A DNA stretch of 62,808 nucleotides, counting the filler, from Globobulimina sp. (taxonomy: Eukaryota): NCBI GenBank assembly GCA_003354225.1. It is 47 parts of 47 records of this genome, joined end to end, with 100 filler letters (N's around TTAATTAATTAA, not from the genome) between each part and the next. Parts side by side here need not be neighbours in the genome. Positions count along the whole stretch, not along the records: positions 60,235 to 61,471 come from PIVH01020358.1; positions 61,572 to 62,808 come from PIVH01020359.1; 45 more parts are not named here. One strand, 5' to 3'. The notes under the pieces are model-generated. The model was not told the origin of the DNA, searched no databases, and saw only the letters and a list, made by a program, of their open reading frames with translations. Position numbers and translations under genes: made by a program. Shown here piece after piece: positions 60,235 to 62,808 of this stretch. Position 1 is the first letter of the stretch, and the number at the start of each line of letters is the position of its first letter.

Positions 60235-61299
60235 GATGATCGAGATGCTCTATCACCTTCACCCGAAAAGGCTAGCACGAATGTTCTAATTGTGCAATAT
60301 CAAATAGGGGTGATTAAAGGGTTAAAAACCAAAATGCAACGAATTGTAAATCAATATCCATTCAACGATAATAATATTGCCTTAAAAGTAAAGAAACAAT
60401 TAAAAGACATTCTGAGTATCGATTTATCCAAAACTGATAAAGAAGCATTGATTAACAATGAATACAGTCACTGTAATGCTTCTAAAGTGACATTGTGGTA
60501 TACACATACACAAAAAGGGCGTACCACACCTTTGGGATACTTTATATCCTCAATGGAGGTCACCTCAATCAAAGTGAATGCTATTTGGCAATGTATTAAA
60601 TTATTATTACAGAATGGAGCTATACTTGCGTCCCCGACCAATATAGCTCAACAATTTCATAAAAATATGATTCAACGCAGTATCGATCCACATATTATTG
60701 CTTCGCGCTTACATTTCTTTTTAAAATCAATCAATAATAACTCACAAGAACAGCAAACACATAATTTGTCCATTATAACGCACGATTTATCCGAACCGCC
60801 ACTATCGACGCACATATATCTCATACCATCACCAAGCACATTAGCGGTGTATTTGGAGCAACAGTATGAGATATTACATATAAAGGATAATAACAACGTA
60901 TCATTCTCAGAGAAGCAGAAAGAATGCATTGTAAACAATTTAATCAAAACTGATTTGCGAAATAAGGATTCCTTTATTAAATATTTATTTGCATTTCGAA
61001 TATTTAGTGAACAATTACGAGCGAGGAAAGCCAGGCAATTATGTCGTATATTAAGTGATATACAGTTTGAATATAATCGCGATGTCATCGATTTATTGCT
61101 TACCTTTGTCTATGATGGCATGTGTTACTTAAAATATTCCACACGAGATAAAGAGTTGGAATTTGTAAATCATTCATTGGAAATGTATGGATATCTAAGC
61201 CCAAAATGGAAAACATGGATTTATACTCATTATATCATGAAAGTTCCAAAACAGGAATTGGCAAAATTGCACACTTTTGCGTATTTGTGTTATTTGTAA
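60235..61299 (+). CDS. Hypothetical protein, 5' truncated
   Basis: Open frame of more than 335 codons. Confidence 0.6.
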   Translation, partial: DDRDALSPSPEKASTNVLIVQYQIGVIKGLKTKMQRIVNQYPFNDNNIALKVKKQLKDILSIDLSKTDKEALINNEYSHCNASKVTLWYTHTQKGRTTPLGYFISSMEVTSIKVNAIWQCIKLLLQNGAILASPTNIAQQFHKNMIQRSIDPHIIASRLHFFLKSINNNSQEQQTHNLSIITHDLSEPPLSTHIYLIPSPSTLAVYLEQQYEILHIKDNNNVSFSEKQKECIVNNLIKTDLRNKDSFIKYLFAFRIFSEQLRARKARQLCRILSDIQFEYNRDVIDLLLTFVYDGMCYLKYSTRDKELEFVNHSLEMYGYLSPKWKTWIYTHYIMKVPKQELAKLHTFAYLCYL

Positions 61300-61571
61300 T
61301 TATATAATTGTTATGTTCCATATTCCATGTGATTAATTGTCTCGTTTCTATTGTTTTCGTTTCTGACTGAAATAGATTTTACGCAATATATACAAAATAA
61401 ATAGTTTTACAAAAAGTATAAATCATTTTATCTATCCACTCAAAGTCACTGTAGCTATCACAAATGAATATNNNNNNNNNNNNNNNNNNNNNNNNNNNNN
61501 NNNNNNNNNNNNNNNTTAATTAATTAANNNNNNNNNNNNNNNNNNNNNNNNNNNNNNNNNNNNNNNNNNNN

Positions 61572-62808
61572 ATATCTTACTCTGTCATTGCATATTTATG
61601 CCAAGACATAAGTTTTGGAATTGGATATTCTATCCCTGCCATTGCTATTTTATTGGGATTAGTTATCTTCATATTACCAGCAAACATATATTATAAATTT
61701 AAACCGAAAGGAAGTATTTTGTTAAAATTTATTAGAATATTATTTTATATGTTATTCAATCAAAAACAGAAACTATCGCAATATCAACCAAATGAAATAC
61801 GCGATGTCAAGGTATGTGATATTTTTTTAATTTTGAACTGGTTACAAATACAAAAAACAAATTAAACAACATTTTATCGATATTTCCTTTTTGGATTTGT
61901 TACATTATTTATTACAGTGTCTGGTCGCAATTAAACACATTAATATATGCACAAGGATGCCAATTAAATTATAGACTGCCATCGCTTGATATGAATTTTC
62001 CAATTGCCGGATTGACACTATTTAGTATAATACCAATATTGACATTAATTCCGTTATTTGATAAATGTTTATTTCCACTGTTACGGAATAAGTATAATTT
62101 TAAAGTTACAATGTTACAAAAAATAGGTTGCGGATTTATATTTGCGAGTTTATCAATGATGGCGGTTGGCATTGTTGAAATTGTTCGAAGAGATTATAGT
62201 GATATAAACACAAATTATTTATCCATTTGTGATAATGGTGAAAGTGCGGATGTTTATATTTCAAATTTAAGGTAGTGTCAGCTCACATAATTGAATATAT
62301 ATAATGCTGTCATACAAGGCTGACAAAATTGTATTTATTGAATCGCATTTAATCGCATTTAATAGAAACGTTATATATATTATTAAATATACTCTTTGTT
62401 AGCCTTGTATTACCAGATTTATTTTATTTCAATTTTTAAGTATATTTTGGCAAATACCTGCTTTTGTACTGGAAGGAATATCGGAGGTTTTAGCATCAGT
62501 GACTGGTTACGAATTTTTTTTCAATGAAGCACCCAAATCTATGAAATCTGTCATGTCGGCTGCATTTACAATGAGCATAGGTTTGGGTTCGTGGATTACT
62601 GGAATTTATATTGTATTTGCAAATATTCATAAAGGAAATGAATGGATTACTCAGGATTTAAATAATGGACATTTGGATTGGTATTTCTTTTCCATTGCTT
62701 TATTTATGATTTGCGCGTGGATATTCTTTGTGTATCACGCAAAAAAATATAAATATAATAATTATAATTATTCACAACAAAATAATAATGAATCAAGCCC
62801 TGAATTAT
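61572..62808 (+). CDS. Proton-dependent oligopeptide transporter (POT/PTR2), spliced fragment
   Basis: IPLFDKCLFP, LQKIGCG, WQIPAFVL...SEVLASVTGYEFFFNEAPKSMKS, LNNGHLDWYF. Confidence 0.93.

Noticed and set aside
1241-61571. Regularly spaced TTAATTAATTAA palindromes resembling an array
   Set aside because: Artificial linkers inside N runs; ORFs ending in X...LIN are artefacts of them

Overview
This window is not one locus. It is 47 unrelated contigs of about 1237-1240 bp, sorted by size and joined by artificial 100-bp spacers (N44-TTAATTAATTAA-N44), so adjacency across spacers carries no information. Most contigs are AT-rich eukaryotic DNA with short GT-AG introns (about 50-90 nt). A foraminiferal-type 18S 3' end and an MAMQIFV ubiquitin point to a foraminifer. 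A few contigs (PKD1-like, a GC-richer Ser-rich ORF) look metazoan, and several abrupt junctions suggest whole-genome-amplification chimeras. Recognisable genes include anoctamin, SDR, a divergent Piwi/Argonaute, DRC2, a GT31 galactosyltransferase, GH3, WS/DGAT, a prokaryote-type vWA protein, kelch, TIR, NOX, a RING-TRAF zinc finger, lipin, a REX4-like exonuclease, TLC, a LINE RT, a SAM-Rab and a POT transporter. The standout is two contigs from a Polinton/Maverick-like virus or element (adenain-type protease, packaging ATPase, protein-primed DNA polymerase B, plus an orphan gene). Its genes are split by 48-51 nt spliceosomal introns, one inside the polymerase DTDS catalytic motif. All family assignments come from motif recognition by eye; no database searches were run.
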